Origin: the human T2T-CHM13v2.0 reference genome, Homo sapiens
Reading direction: 5' to 3' (one strand)
DNA length: 64,000 nucleotides
Assembly: GCF_009914755.1 (NCBI RefSeq)
Contig: NC_060934.1
The first letter of the stretch is position 1. Each line of letters opens with the position of its first letter. Shown in pieces: positions 1 to 16,589 of the stretch. The notes under the pieces were generated by a model. That model did no database searches, had not been told where the DNA came from, and worked only from the letters and a program-made list of their open reading frames with translations. The position numbers and the translations under genes were made by a program.

Positions 1-193
1 TTGCTCTATTGCCCAGGCTGGAGGGCAAAGGCACAATCATGGCTCACTGTGGGCTTGACCTCCCAGGCTCAAGCTATCCTCCCAGCTCAGTCTCAGGCAC
101 GTGCCACCATGCCCAGCTGATTTTTTTTTCTATTTTTTGTAGAGACAGAGTCTCACTTTGTTGCCCAGGCTGGTCTCAAACTCTTGGGCTTTA
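1..193 (-). mobile_element. AluJ-like fragment, cut by the window edge
   Basis: Antisense Alu motifs ttgcccaggctggag, ggctcaagctatcctccc, ggtctcaaactcttgggct. Confidence 0.9.
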
Positions 194-199
194 GTTAGG

Positions 200-612
200 T
201 ATTTGGCTGCATAGACAGAGAGCACCTTTCTCAGTCTGTCTTGCAATTGGATGCAGTTCTAGGTCTAGGATCAGACCTGTGGGACACAAGTAGAAGTGAT
301 ATGTGCAATTTCTGGGTCATATCCTTAAGGATAAATATTCTTGCCCTGGACTTTCTCTTTCTGGAGAAAGTCTAGAACCCATGGACATGAAGTTGACCAC
401 CTTTATTTATGTGGGTGAGTAAAATATCTTAGGAGATGTCAGAGCAGTAAGATTGAAGGAACCTGTGTACCACTTTATGGAGTACTGCTCCTCATGGGGC
501 ATTATCCTGCCTGGAGCCACTTGCTTCTTCACTGTAACATGAATGAAGCAGCCTTCCATCTATTTAAGTCAGTGTATTTTTTGTTGTTGCAATCACAGCA
601 GCTTACCCATAG
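200..612 (+). mobile_element. Old MaLR LTR (MLT1J/K-like)
   Basis: agaagtgatatgtgcaatttctgggtcatatccttaa and the 3' tttaagtcagtgtattttt...acagcagc resemble MLT1 LTRs. Confidence 0.6.
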
Positions 613-634
613 CAAGTGAACTTACCAGTACTCT

Positions 635-1215
635 TATGACCAGCAATTCTGTTATGAGTATAAAACCTGGAAGAGCTCCTGTATCTGTGTATCAGGTGAA
701 ACTAGAAGAATGCTGAGAGCAATAATACTCATAATAGTAAAAAGTGAGAACCAACCTAAGTGTTGATGAGCAGCAGAATGGGTAAATAAGTTGTGGTATA
801 TTCGTGTATTAGAATATTTGCAATGGGTGAATCACAACCACTAGCATCAGCATGAATGAATCTTAGAATTATAATGTTGAGAAAATGGAGCAAAATCACA
901 GAACAATGTGTGCATTTTTCATTTACTTATTTTTTATTTCTAGAAAGCTTAAAAACCGGCAAAATTCAACAACATACCGCTTAGAACTACATGCACAAGT
1001 GATAAAACTATGAAGAAAATTAAGAAAAAATTAGAGCAATAGTTCCCTCCAGGAGGAAATGAAGAGGAATGCAATTGGTGGGCTTCTGGGGCATGGTAAT
1101 AATCTAGCTATGGCCTTGCTCTTGGGAATGCGGGCATTCGTGTTATTATCAATCTTTAAATTGTGTGTATGTGTTTTCATTCATCCTTTTGTTATTCATG
1201 GGTTATTTAACAGTT
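635..1215 (+). mobile_element. Ancient L1ME-like 3' end
   Basis: tatgaccagcaatt...aaccaacctaagtgt...gaatgggtaaataagttgtggtatatt resembles a degenerate L1 3' region. Confidence 0.75.
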
Positions 1216-1870
1216 TGAAAAACATGCATACAAAAAAACATGAAACAACATAATTTAGACTCGAGACAAAATAAACTCTTCTCTACTTAGACTTGACCCC
1301 AAATTAAGAGATTAAGAATGGGGAACCTTACTCCCTGGATAAAAGAATAGGCTGAGAAAAGGCTAGGATAAAAATATTTGCATAAAGCATAAGAAAATTA
1401 CTAACTATGCAATAATTAAAATAAATATTTGAGATAGCAAAGAGTAGAGGTGAAATGGAGAGAACAGAACAAGAATGTAGAGCAATGTTCCCTGGCATTT
1501 AGTTTGCCACGGTATACATAAAAACACACTATTCACACAGAGCACTGGGATAAATCAACAAAGTTGCTCATGGGCTTAGACTATTGGATCAGAGCTTCAG
1601 GTTACTCTAGTAATGCCCTAAACCCTGCCACTTGGAGGACCAAGGAGAATCAATATCCCAGCGTACCTGAAACCTCTTCAGGAAACTTTGAAGGGAGGTA
1701 CAAACCAGAAAAGTTTCCAAAAAATGTCAAGGAAAAGAACAAAGAGGATAACATGACTTGAAAGAGAATGTCATTAACTATGGAGGACAGAAAAATAGGT
1801 ATCTGACCCACAATAGTGTTTCTGAAAAAGAAACAAAAACAGATCCCAGATCCCACAACAGCAGTCATTA

Positions 1871-2174
<304 letters not shown>

Positions 2175-3061
2175 AAAAGTGTACATAAGAAACATGTCTG
2201 AGTTGAAGAAAAGCACTATCAGAGAGGCTCATTTTATTCAAGAGAAATTAATAAAATAATGTTTACTCATATCCTGATGACATCTTTTTAAATTTCAAGG
2301 TTAAAAAACACAACATACAAATTGCCAAAATGGGGAAGGTGGGCTAATTAGCAACAAACAAAAATTAAACTGGCCTTAGTCAGGTCAAGACATTGCAAAG
2401 TGGGTAGAATACTTCCTCCAGAACAAAAGGAAAAGACTCAAATTCATGGTCCAGTTTATAAGAAATAAATCAAAACTAAGAACTCAAGACCTGTGGAAGT
2501 CATGATTTTTAAAAAGTAGCTGGTGAGGTTAAACATAAACATATAAATGTAAGTATAAATAATTGCTATTCAAGTAGTTGGAGAGTTGAAAGCAGAAAGT
2601 AGTTAACCAAAAATACTTTCGTGTGATAAAAAGAATAACATAATCATGATGTGGTTCTCTACAAAGAGTAAATTAACAAAGACTAGAAGGAAGAGGGGAA
2701 TATATTGATGAAATTAGGGCTGAGACGAAGTTCAGGGAACAAAAACACATATATCTTCTTGTCTTGCAGAATGTTTTAAGACTCAAAATTTACTTGGTTT
2801 TTGGTTTTGATAATTTCAGAAATGTAGTGGGTACTTGAGTTTACCTTAAAGTTTAGCATTACAATATAGGAAATAAAAACAAGTAAAATGCAGTTCATAT
2901 TACATGAGCCAGGAAACAAACAAAAAGAGCAGGATGCCAGAAATATATCACACATGTCACCTATGTTGATAAATTCACATAGTTTCAGTTTGCCAATTAA
3001 GTGTAAATAAATGAAGGTGAGATTTTAAAAACTAAAATCTAGTCATGTTATTATAAAAGAA

Positions 3062-3695
3062 CACTTACACATGGTTGGTGGAAATGTAAATTAGTTCCAC
3101 CACAGTGAAAAATAGTGTGGCGATTCCTGCAAGACCTAAAAACAGAACTACCATTTGACCCAGCAATCCCATTACTGGGCATATACACAAAGGAATATAA
3201 ATTGTTCTATCATAAAGACACATGCACACATATGTTAATTGCAGCACTATTCACAATAGCAAAGACATGGAATCAACTTAAATGCCCATCAATGATATAC
3301 TGGATAATGAAAATGTGGTACATACACACCATGGAATACTATGCAGCCATGTCAAAGAATGAGATCTTGTCCTCTGCAGGAACATGGGTAGAGCTGGAGG
3401 CCATTATCCTTAGCAAAATAATGCGGGAACAGAAAACCAAATACTGCATGTTCTCCCTTATAAATGGTGAGAGCTACATGATGAGAACACATGGACATAT
3501 AGAGGGAAACAACTACATTGAGGCCTACCAGAGGGAGGAGGATGGGAGGAGGAAGAAGATCAGGAAAAATAACTAATGGGTTCCGGACTTAACACCTGGC
3601 TGAAGAAATAATCTGTACAACAAACCCCCATGATACAAGTTTACCTATATAACAAACCTGCACATGTACCTCTGAACTTCAAATATAAGTTAAAT
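3062..3695 (+). mobile_element. L1 3' end (L1PA15/16-like)
   Basis: ORF 3115-3576 contains ORF2 C-terminal [13 protein letters not shown] and IAALFTIAKTWNQ; 3'UTR acaaacctgcacatgtacc. Confidence 0.92.
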
Positions 3696-3738
3696 AATGA
3701 GTTTCAAGTCAAGGCTAAAAAAAAAAAAAGGTAAATAA

Positions 3739-5480
<1,742 letters not shown>

Positions 5481-5558
5481 ACAATATCAAGTTTTTAGGG
5501 ATGTGGAGCAAATGGAACTCTCAAAGATTGCTGGTGTGAGGGTAAAACGATGCAGTCA

Positions 5559-6368
<810 letters not shown>

Positions 6369-6369
6369 G

Positions 6370-6945
6370 TGGTTTCTTATGCAGTTAAACACACACACTT
6401 CCTGTGTCCTCGCCATTCCACTCCTACCTGAGAGATATTAAAACAAACTTTCACAAGTGATTTGTAAGAGAATGTTTATAGCAGCTTTTTTTTTCATAAT
6501 AGCCCTAACTGGAAAGAGCTCATTTGTCCAATGAGGCCAGATGGATAAACAAATTATGGTTTATTCATTCAGTAGAATACTACTCAGCATTACAAAGGAA
6601 CTTAAGAAGGAACAACTGCCATGGATACATGCAATAACATGGGTGGATCTTAAAAGTATTGTGCTGTGTAAAATGGGCCAGACATAGCAAAGTATAAACT
6701 GTGTGAGTCCATCTGCATAAATTTAAGAACAGGCAAAACTAATCTGTAGTGATAGAAATCAAAACAACGCTTATTTGGTGTGGTGATGGGGGCAATGTAT
6801 TGTCTGCAAAGGGACATGAGGGAGCTTGCAGGGATGATGGAAATGCTCAATGCCTTGACTTAGATGATGGTTACAAAGCAAAACTCTTCAAATGGCACAC
6901 TTACTACTTGTGCATTTAACCATATGTAAAATATACCCCAATAGT
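6370..6945 (+). mobile_element. L1ME-like 3' end
   Basis: ggataaacaaattatggtttattcattcagtagaatactactcagca and acaggcaaaactaatctgtagtgatagaaatca. Confidence 0.75.
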
Positions 6946-8716
6946 ATTATCATAGCAAACTTTTTCTTTCATAGCATTTATCCAAATTTATAATTTAAAT
7001 TCTGGTGTTTCCCTATTAATGCCTATCTTTTTCACACTGTAGATCAGGCACTATTCTAAGCTCTGCAAGTAAAATAGTTTATAAGATGGACCAGTCTGTC
7101 ACCTCATGGAATTTACAGTCTGTGAAGCAAAGAGCCATTTTTGTCTTGTTCACTATGTTACACTCAGCATGTAGCTTGGTGCTTGGTACGTATGTGTACT
7201 CAACAAATATTTGTACGGTGGATGAATGACTAGAGAGAGGGAACCAAGGGACAGTGTTAGTGGATCTAAACTCACACATTCACTTGCTTACTCTTTCTCT
7301 CCCCTTCCCCATCAGTTTTTCTTCAGTATTTGAAAATCTGTATACACTCTGATGAGTATCTCATGTGTCAACATACTGTGTGGACGTATAGATGAAGATT
7401 CATAAACTTTGAATCCAGGAAACAGTGGCATATGGATGGATTCTAGACCAGATGGAGCTCCATTAGCCTCCATGGGAAGGTGAATTGCATGGCCACTTGA
7501 GGGCAGGGCCAAGACTGTACTCAGGAAAAATACTGGATCTACTCCTGTGCTTGAATTGGTATAATTTTGAGATTTAGAAGCCTGTTTCACAAAGCCTGGA
7601 TAATTCAAATTTGGACTAGAAAAGGTTACCAGCTAATAATCATAAAAAAGCCTGATTTTGAGTGACACCATATTCTCCTGGATCCTCCAACGTTTTATTT
7701 GCCGAACTGATTAAATTTCTAAAATGAGAATTACTCCAACTAAAATTATAACCTGCAGGGTGAGATGAGGAAAAACCAAGAGGGGAAAAAAGACACTATA
7801 TATATTCCTATCTATGTAGATCAGTTTGGGAACATTTCAGAGAAATCAAGTATTAAAATCCTCAGCAAGGTTACTATATAAACTTAGTTATAAACAGGAA
7901 TTAATTTAATATTATCCTGCAAGTGTACTTAAGTTCTTTGATCTCCTGCAGCAACTTAAATTTAGAAAATGGTCTTAAAGTGACAAATGTTGAAAAAAAA
8001 TTTCAGAAAGAAGATGATTTTAGATTGTATGCCTCTCGAAGCAAAAAAAAAGAGCATATATTTATATGTTTCTTAGGCCCTTCCCCACAAACCCGACTTG
8101 TCCTCAGAGCACTTAGCATCACAGCAGGTTCTCAACAAAGTTTGTCTCATTTTGGTTTACTTATTAATTGAAATTTACTGGATATATTTCTATACCAGGT
8201 ATCAATTACCTTAACATTTAGAACCCCCAGATGAAAACAGTAAGTCAAATAGGCTAAATAATAGCATAATTTAGAATTGGGCTTTATCTATTACACGAAT
8301 TCTAATGTGAAATTGAATGGCTTGGCACTAGGAACAGATTCTCCTATCTTCTTTTTTTCCTTTGGATGTGACTGGAAGCTTAGACTCCAAGCTTTGATAT
8401 TTCCCAATATTACATCCGTGGCCACAAATGGGCAGACTGACAGATATGCTCCAGGCAGAATGAGTGCCCGCTCCTCTGAAATTTATACTTGCCCCATTGT
8501 AGCTCAACCATATTGCGCTGTAGCAATTTGTTTACACATCTACCTCTCACACTGGACTGAGCTCTTTGGGTTCAGGCACTTTGTCTTAACACCCTCAGCA
8601 TCTAGCAGTGACTGCCTTGTACTATCTCTAGAGCCTGTAATGACAGGGGCTTGATAAACCTTAAACGAGAACAGAAAGAAACAGACAGGTATATTCAAAG
8701 AGACAAACAGCATCTA

Positions 8717-8830
<114 letters not shown>

Positions 8831-8995
8831 TTAAAAATGATGAAACTTAAAATGTATGTAAATCATAGCATAAAGCAAATAAGCATTATGTTAATGAGGT
8901 AGGAAACTACATTAAAATTTTAAAATATTACCAAATAAAAATATAAAAATATTAGCATGAACATACTACCTCTTTCATTTTTAAAACTACATGTT

Positions 8996-9240
8996 GCCTG
9001 GGCAAAATGGTGAAACCCCATCTTTACAAACAATAAAAAAAAAATAACCAGGCATGCGTGGTGGTACATGCCTGTAGTCCCAGCAATTCAGAAGGCTGAG
9101 GTGGGAGGTTCACCTGAGTCTGGGAGGTCAAGGCTGCAGTGAGCCGTGATTGCACCACTGCACTCCAGCCTGGACGACAGAGTGAGACCCTGTCTGACAA
9201 AAAACCAAAAACCACACACACACACACAAACCACACAAAC
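8996..9240 (+). mobile_element. 5'-truncated AluJ with CA-rich tail
   Basis: Linker plus right arm (gaggtcaaggctgcagtgagcc). Confidence 0.9.
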
Positions 9241-9559
9241 TTACATGTTTTTCAGCTCAGAAAAGGCATAGAAGTAATGGCAATGATCACCCCTACTGCC
9301 CAGACTCTGATTTTAAAAAGCATTTCTCACCAAAATAATTCAGGGCATTTTTCAGAAATGACTGTTTCTAGATCTAAGGCAATAAATGCACAGAATGAAC
9401 CTGGGACATCTTATTCTACCAGAATTCAACAAAGTCATCAAAGGTTATGTCAAAAGAACACAGTAATCAACTTGAAAGAGTTCCTGTTGACTTAAGATTG
9501 GAGAAATCACACACCAAAGATAATAAGAACTACAGTGTGTTGAAACATCACACATATAT

Positions 9560-10715
9560 TAGCTATTTGGGAAATTCTCAGCCTATCTTGATTGCAAGCG
9601 ATGCGAAAATTAGGAGATTTGCTGTCAGGAAGACGTACTCTGTAGAGAAGGCAAGAGAATGGCTGGACAGCCTTCAGAGTGTAGGAAGAAACAAAAATGA
9701 CAGCATTTACTCACACAAAAGACTCTTTGAAGAGATTAAATGTGTGACATCCCTTCAGCCATCTCAGCAGAGTCCAAAATAGAGATGAGATTATCTAGGA
9801 AAGACCTGAGAAGGAGCCTCCCATCTAATGAAGTGACTTCCCATGACAAACATGGGAGACGTACAAGATTTTGAGAATGTTATATCAGCAACAACACTGC
9901 CAGATTGCACTGAAAAGGACAGAGAAAGGAAATAAATGAAATAAGGTTATTGGATTCCCAAAATTCTATGGGCAGGAAACAGATTGATAAAACTACTCAG
10001 GGTCAAACGTGCTACCTTTCATGAAAGAAGATATTTGACTCAGTAGTAGTGCTTTGGGCCCAGAAGGTGGAACCTTGAGTCACAGAGAATTAGCCCAGGC
10101 CTTGAAACCTAATGGCGTTATGCTGAAACAATTTCAAAATTGTTTGGACTAGTGACTCAATTTTCCCCTTCTACTTTCTCCCCTTTCAAACAAGAATGTC
10201 TATAGCTATTATTGACATTTATGTCAATACAATGCCTTTCGCACTATTGTATTTGGGAGCAAGTAATCTATAATTTCACAAGTCTACATATGGAGAGAAA
10301 TTTTGTCCCAGGATGAATTATAACCAGAGTCTCACCATACCTAATTTAGATGATACAAACTAGGACTTCTGAAGCTGATAACACTTAGATGAAAGTTTGG
10401 ACTTGAGTTGGTGCTGTAATGGGTTGAGACTTTGGGGGATATTGGGATGTGGTAAATGCATTTTGCATGCAGGATAGGCATGATTATTTGGGGGCCAGAA
10501 GGTTGACTGTAGTAGAGTGAACATTGCCCCCCATGAAGATATCTACTTTCTAATTTCTGGAAATTTTGAGTATGCTACCTAACAAAGTAAAAAGAACTTT
10601 GCAGATGTGGTAAGTTACATATCTTGAGATAGAGTAATTATTCTAGATTATTTAGTGGGCCCAATGTAATCACAAGGGTTTTTTTTAAAGAAGGAAGCAG
10701 GAGGATCAGAGTAGA
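9560..10715 (+). mobile_element. MLT1 internal sequence plus partial MLT1D-like LTR (LTR from about 10508)
   Basis: Internal 3' end ttggacttgagttggtgctgtaatgggttgagactttggggga; LTR tgtagtagagtgaac...gaactttgcagatgtg...gtgggcccaatgtaatcacaaggg. Confidence 0.75.
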
Positions 10716-10971
10716 TAAGAATGAAGCAGAAATAATACATGGAAAGATAATAGCTAAGAATGTTCCAAAATTCAGAAATGACATTGACCCATAGATTCAA
10801 GAGCTAGACCAGATAAATAAAAGTAACTATACCTAGGGACATCATAATAAAACTAATGATAACAAAAGATCAAGGGAAAAAATTTAAAGTACCTAGACAT
10901 GAAAAAAAAGCAACAGTAAGACTGACAGCTGACTTGTCAACAGCAACAATGAAGGCCAAAGAACTGACATT

Positions 10972-11274
<303 letters not shown>

Positions 11275-12379
11275 TACTGACATTATTAATTGGCTGAAAA
11301 AATAACTGCCAAGATAGAACCCTATACTTGGCAAAAACTTTCTTCAATAATGAAGATAAAATAATGACATTTTCCTCCAAAGAAAAGCTGAGAGAATTAT
11401 TTGCCAGCAAACCTGTATTAAAAATGAAGAAACAAAAAATGAAAGAGAGCTATTCAGGCAGCAAGAAAATGATTTCAGATGAAAACACAATAAGCAGAAA
11501 AAAATGAGAAGCCCAACAAACAGTAAATGTGTGAGTAAATATAAATGAATACTGAGTATGCCAAACAACAATAGCAACCTTTCATGGAGTTAAAAAAACA
11601 GAGAGAATTAAAATTAAAATGTAGGAGAGAATTAAATGGAGTGAAAATAGTCTAAGGTTCTAGAATACTTGGGAAATTGGTATCAACAGTAATTTCTAAA
11701 ACACTGCAATAAGCTAAGAATAAAATTTTACAAAGGAGAAATTTCAAAAAAAGAAAATGAATAACAAATTAATAAAAGAAAATATGGAATAAAAAAGGTT
11801 CATTGGTTCAAAACAAGGCAAAAAGGAGAGAAGAAGAAATATAAAACAGGTCAAATAGAAAACAACTTGTTAAGTAGTAAACACAAACCCAACTATCGTA
11901 TTTTCACTTAAAGTAAATAAATAAAGTATGACAATTAAATAAAATAAAACTGACAGATTAGGTTAGAAACCCAATTATATGCTGATTACAAGAAACACAT
12001 TCAAATATAGAAATAAGATAGGCTGAAAGAAAAAAGTTAGAAAAAAATACACCATGCACTCTTAACCAAATAGTTAAGCAGACATTAAGCTAAAGAGCAT
12101 TACTAAAGATAAAAGCATTTCATAATGATAGATATTACTGATAACTTCACAAGATGAGATCAGTATCTAAATTGTGAGTACCCAACAACTAAGATGTAAA
12201 CTATGTAAAGTAAAAATGGACAGATTAAAATAAGAAATAGATACATCTATAATCATGGTAGAAAATTTAATACTTCTATTTTGATAGTTGGATATGATGC
12301 CAAAAAATTAATAAGTATGTAAAAGATGGAAACAACAAAATTAATGGGTTGACCTCATTGAAATATTTAGAACTCTTCA

Positions 12380-12712
<333 letters not shown>

Positions 12713-12904
12713 TCATTCTTTTCAAGAATAAAAACATTTTTAAAAACTGGCCATAGCTTGAACCATAAAACAAACATGAAGACCATGAAGACATTTTAAC
12801 AGATTAAAATTATTCAGAGTAAGTACTCTGAGCACAAGAGAATTAAACTAGAACTATAACTAGCTAATCTTCAACTTACTGGAAATAAAACATATTACTT
12901 ACTC

Positions 12905-13196
12905 TTTTTTATCTTGAGAAAAGGTCCCACTCTGTCACCCAGGCTAGAGTGCAGTGGCATGAACAGGGCTTACGGCAGCCTTGACCTCGTGGGTCCAGGC
13001 AATCTTCCTGCCTCAGCCTCCCATGTAACTGGGACCACAGGTGCATGCCACGACACCCAGCTAATTTTTTTATTTTTTGTATAGATGGGTTTCACTTTGT
13101 TGCCCAGGCTGGTCTCAAACTCCTGAGCTCAAGCAATCCTTCTGCCTTGGTCTCTCAAAGTGCTGGGATTACAGGCATGAGCCACTGTGCCCAGCC
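12905..13196 (-). mobile_element. AluJ
   Basis: Antisense Alu; TSD catattactt at 12891-12900 and 13197-13206. Confidence 0.93.
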
Positions 13197-13479
13197 CATA
13201 TTACTTCTAAATAACCCATGGATCAAAGAAGAAATCAAATTGAATTTAGAAAATATTTTGTTTGAGTGATAATAAATATATTGTATGTCACAACTTGTGG
13301 GAGGCAGCTCAAACAATACTTAGAAGAAAATATATAGTGTTAAATGCATATATTCAAAGAAAAGAAGTCTGAAAAATCAATGAGTTAGGCTTCCTTCTTG
13401 AAATCTAGTAAAAAGACAGCAAATAAAACATTAAAAATTAGAAGGAAACAAGATAAAAGCAAAAGTCAATTACTCTATC

Positions 13480-15390
13480 AAAAAACCAGCAGAGCTAATA
13501 AATTCAGTAAAGTTACAGGATACAAAATAAACATACAAAAATCAATTGTGTTTGTATATACCAATAAGCTATCCAAAAAGAAATTTTTTAAAAAATTCCA
13601 TTTATAACAGTGTCAAAAAATAAAATACTTAGGTATAAATTTAACCAACAAGGTAAAAGATCTGTATCTTGAAAACTATAAAGCACTGAAGAAAGAAGTT
13701 AAAGTAGATACAAATAAATAAAACGATATCTTGTATTCATGAATTAAAAGAAATAATATTGTCAAGATGTCTATACTACCCAAAGTAATCTACAGATTAA
13801 ATGCAATTGCTACCAAAATTGCAATGGCATTTTTCACAGAAGTAGGAAAAATAATCCTAAAATTTTATGGAAACATAGAAGACCCCAAATGGCTAGCCAA
13901 AGCACTTTTGAGAAAAAGGAACAAAGCTGGAGGCAGCTCACTTCCTGATTTGAGAAACTATGTTACAAAGCTATAGTAATCAAAACAGTATGATTGTACT
14001 GACATGAAAATAGACACTTAGACCAATGGAACAGATTAGAGAGCTCAGAAATAAGCTCATGCATATATGGTCAACTAATTTTTGACAAGAGTGACAAGAA
14101 TATACAATGGGGGAAAGGATAGTCTCTTCAATAAATGATGTTGAAGAAAGAGGGTATCTACATGAAAAAGGATGAAATTAGACCCCTATATTACACAGTA
14201 CACAAAAATTAACTCAAAATGGATTAAAGGCATAAACATAAGTCCTGAAACCATAAAATTCCTAGAAGAAAACATAGGAGGGAAAGCTTTTTCACATTGG
14301 CCTTTGGCAATGATTTTTTGAATATAATACCAGATGCACAAGCAACAAAAAACAAGAACGAATAAGTAGGATTATTTCAAACTATAAAGCTTCCTCACAG
14401 CAAAGAAAACAACAAAATGAAAAGACAACTTAAGGAATGGAAGAAAACATTTGCAAACCATACATCTTATCTGATAAGGGGTTAATATCCAAAATATGTA
14501 AGAAACTCAGCTTAACAGCAAGAGAACAACCTGATTTAAAAGTGAACAAAGGAACTGAATAGACATTTCCCCAAAGAAGACACACAAATGGCCAAGTATA
14601 TGAAAAATTGCTCAATATCACTTATCATCAGGAAAATTCAAATCAAAACCACAATAAGATATCACCTCACTCTTGTTAGAATGGCTACTATCAGAAAGAC
14701 AAAAGATAACAAGTGCTGGTGAGGATGTGGAGAAAAGGGAACCCTTGCACACTGTTGATGGGAATGTAAATAGTTCAGCCACTGTGGAAATCCGTCTGAG
14801 ATTTCTCAAAGAACTTAAAATAGAACTACTCTTTGATCCAGCAACTCCACTGCTGGGTATATACCCAAAGGAGTATAAATTGTTCTACCATAAGGACACA
14901 TGCACATGCATGTTCATTGCAGCACTGTTCACAATAGCAAAGACATGAAATCAACCTAGATGCCCATCAATGGTAAACTGGATAAAAAAATACGGTACAC
15001 ATATGCGATGGAATACTGCACAGTCATAAAAAGAATGAAATCATGTCCTTTGCAGCAATATGGATGGAGCTGGAAGCCATTATCGTAAACAAACTAACAC
15101 AGGAACAGAAAACCAAATACCACATGTTCACATTTATAAGTGGGAGCAAAACATTGAGGACACATAGACACAAAGATGGGAACAACAGACATCAGGGCCT
15201 ATTTGAGGGTGGAGGTTTGGAGGAGAGTGAGGAATGAAAAACTACCTATCAGGTACTAGGCTGATTACCTGGGTGACAAAATTATCTGTACACCAAACCC
15301 CTAAGACATGCAAGTTACCCATGTAACAAACCTGCACACATATCCCCTGACCTAAAATAAAAGTTAGAAAGGAAAAAAATGTTTTTTAAT
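13480..15390 (+). mobile_element. L1 ORF2 3' half and 3'UTR (L1MA-like, then L1PA15/16-like)
   Basis: ORFs [14 protein letters not shown] and ELLFDPATPLLGIYPKE match L1 ORF2; ends acaaacctgcacaca...aaaataaaagtt. Confidence 0.92.
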
Positions 15391-15585
15391 TAAAATTAAA
15401 ATTTTTAAAAAGTCAATGAAAAGACATATGAGAAAAATTCAGCAAAGGCAGTTATTTCTTTGAAATAAATAACACAAAATTGATAACTATCAATAGACTA
15501 AGAAAAAAGGAGAAAAACACAAATTCTCAGGAATGAAACACAAATATCAGGAATGAAAAAGGGACATCACCAGATCTTACAGATA

Positions 15586-16589
15586 CAGTCATGCACTGCA
15601 TAATGATGTTTGGTCAAAGATGGACTGCATATACAATGGTGGTCCCATAAGATTATAATGGAGCTGAAAAGTTCTCACTGCCTAGTAACGTCTTGACAAT
15701 CCTGACCCTGTGTAGGCTTAGGCTAGTGTGTGTGTTTGTATCTTAGTTTTTAACAAGAAAGTTTAAAACGTAAAAAATAAAAAGAAAAAAACACAGACAA
15801 AAGCTTAAAGAATAAGAATATAAAGGAAAAAATTATATAAGTATGTTTGAGACAGGGTCTCACTCTGTCACCCAGGTTGGAGTGCAGGGTGTGATCACAA
15901 CTTACTGCAGCCTCAACCTCCTGGGCTCAAGCGATCCTCCCACCTGTCAGGCTGCCATGTAGCTGGGACTACAGGTGTGCACCACCACGTGAAAAAAAAT
16001 CTTGTATAGCTGTACAATATGTTTGTGTTTAAAGCTGTGTTATTACAAAAGAGTCAAAAAGTTTTAAAAATTAGAGAGTTTATAAAGTAAAAAAATCACA
16101 GTAAACTAAGGCTAATTTGTTATTGAAAAAAATATTTTTTTTTTGGTAAATCTAGTGTAGCCTGAGTGTCTAGTGTTTACAAAATCTACAGTAGTGTATG
16201 GTGATGTCCTAGGCCTTCACAGTCACTCACCACTGGCTCACCTAGAGCAACTTCCACTCCTCCATGCTCCATTCATGGTAAGTGCCTTATACAGGTGGAC
16301 CATTCTTTATCTTTTATACCGCATTTTCACTGTATCTTTTCTATGTTTAGGTATATTTAGATGCATAAACACTTACCATTGTGTTATAATTGCTTACAGT
16401 ATTCAGTTATAGTCTCATGCTGTGCAGGTTTGTAGCCTAGGAGCAATAGGCTATACCATATAGCCTAGGTGTGTGGTAGGCTATGCCATCTAGGTTTGTA
16501 AGCACACTCTAAGATGCTCACACAATGATGAAATCGCCTAATGACACATTTCTCAGAATCTATCCCTGTCATCAAGTGACACATGACTG
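15586..16589 (+). mobile_element. Tigger3b-like DNA transposon (TcMar) with an internal Alu fragment
   Basis: Terminal inverted repeats cagtcatg...catgactg, TA at the left flank, ggtggtcccataagattataat. Confidence 0.88.
15847..15990 (-). mobile_element. AluJ/FRAM right-arm fragment inside the Tigger3
   Basis: gagacagggtctcactctgtcacccagg...ctgggctcaagcgatcctccc. Confidence 0.88.

Noticed and set aside
3115-3576. 153-aa ORF, and similar ORFs at 13767, 14673, 40195, 56039 and 57240
   Set aside because: Fragments of L1 ORF2 within truncated, mutated L1 copies; not genes
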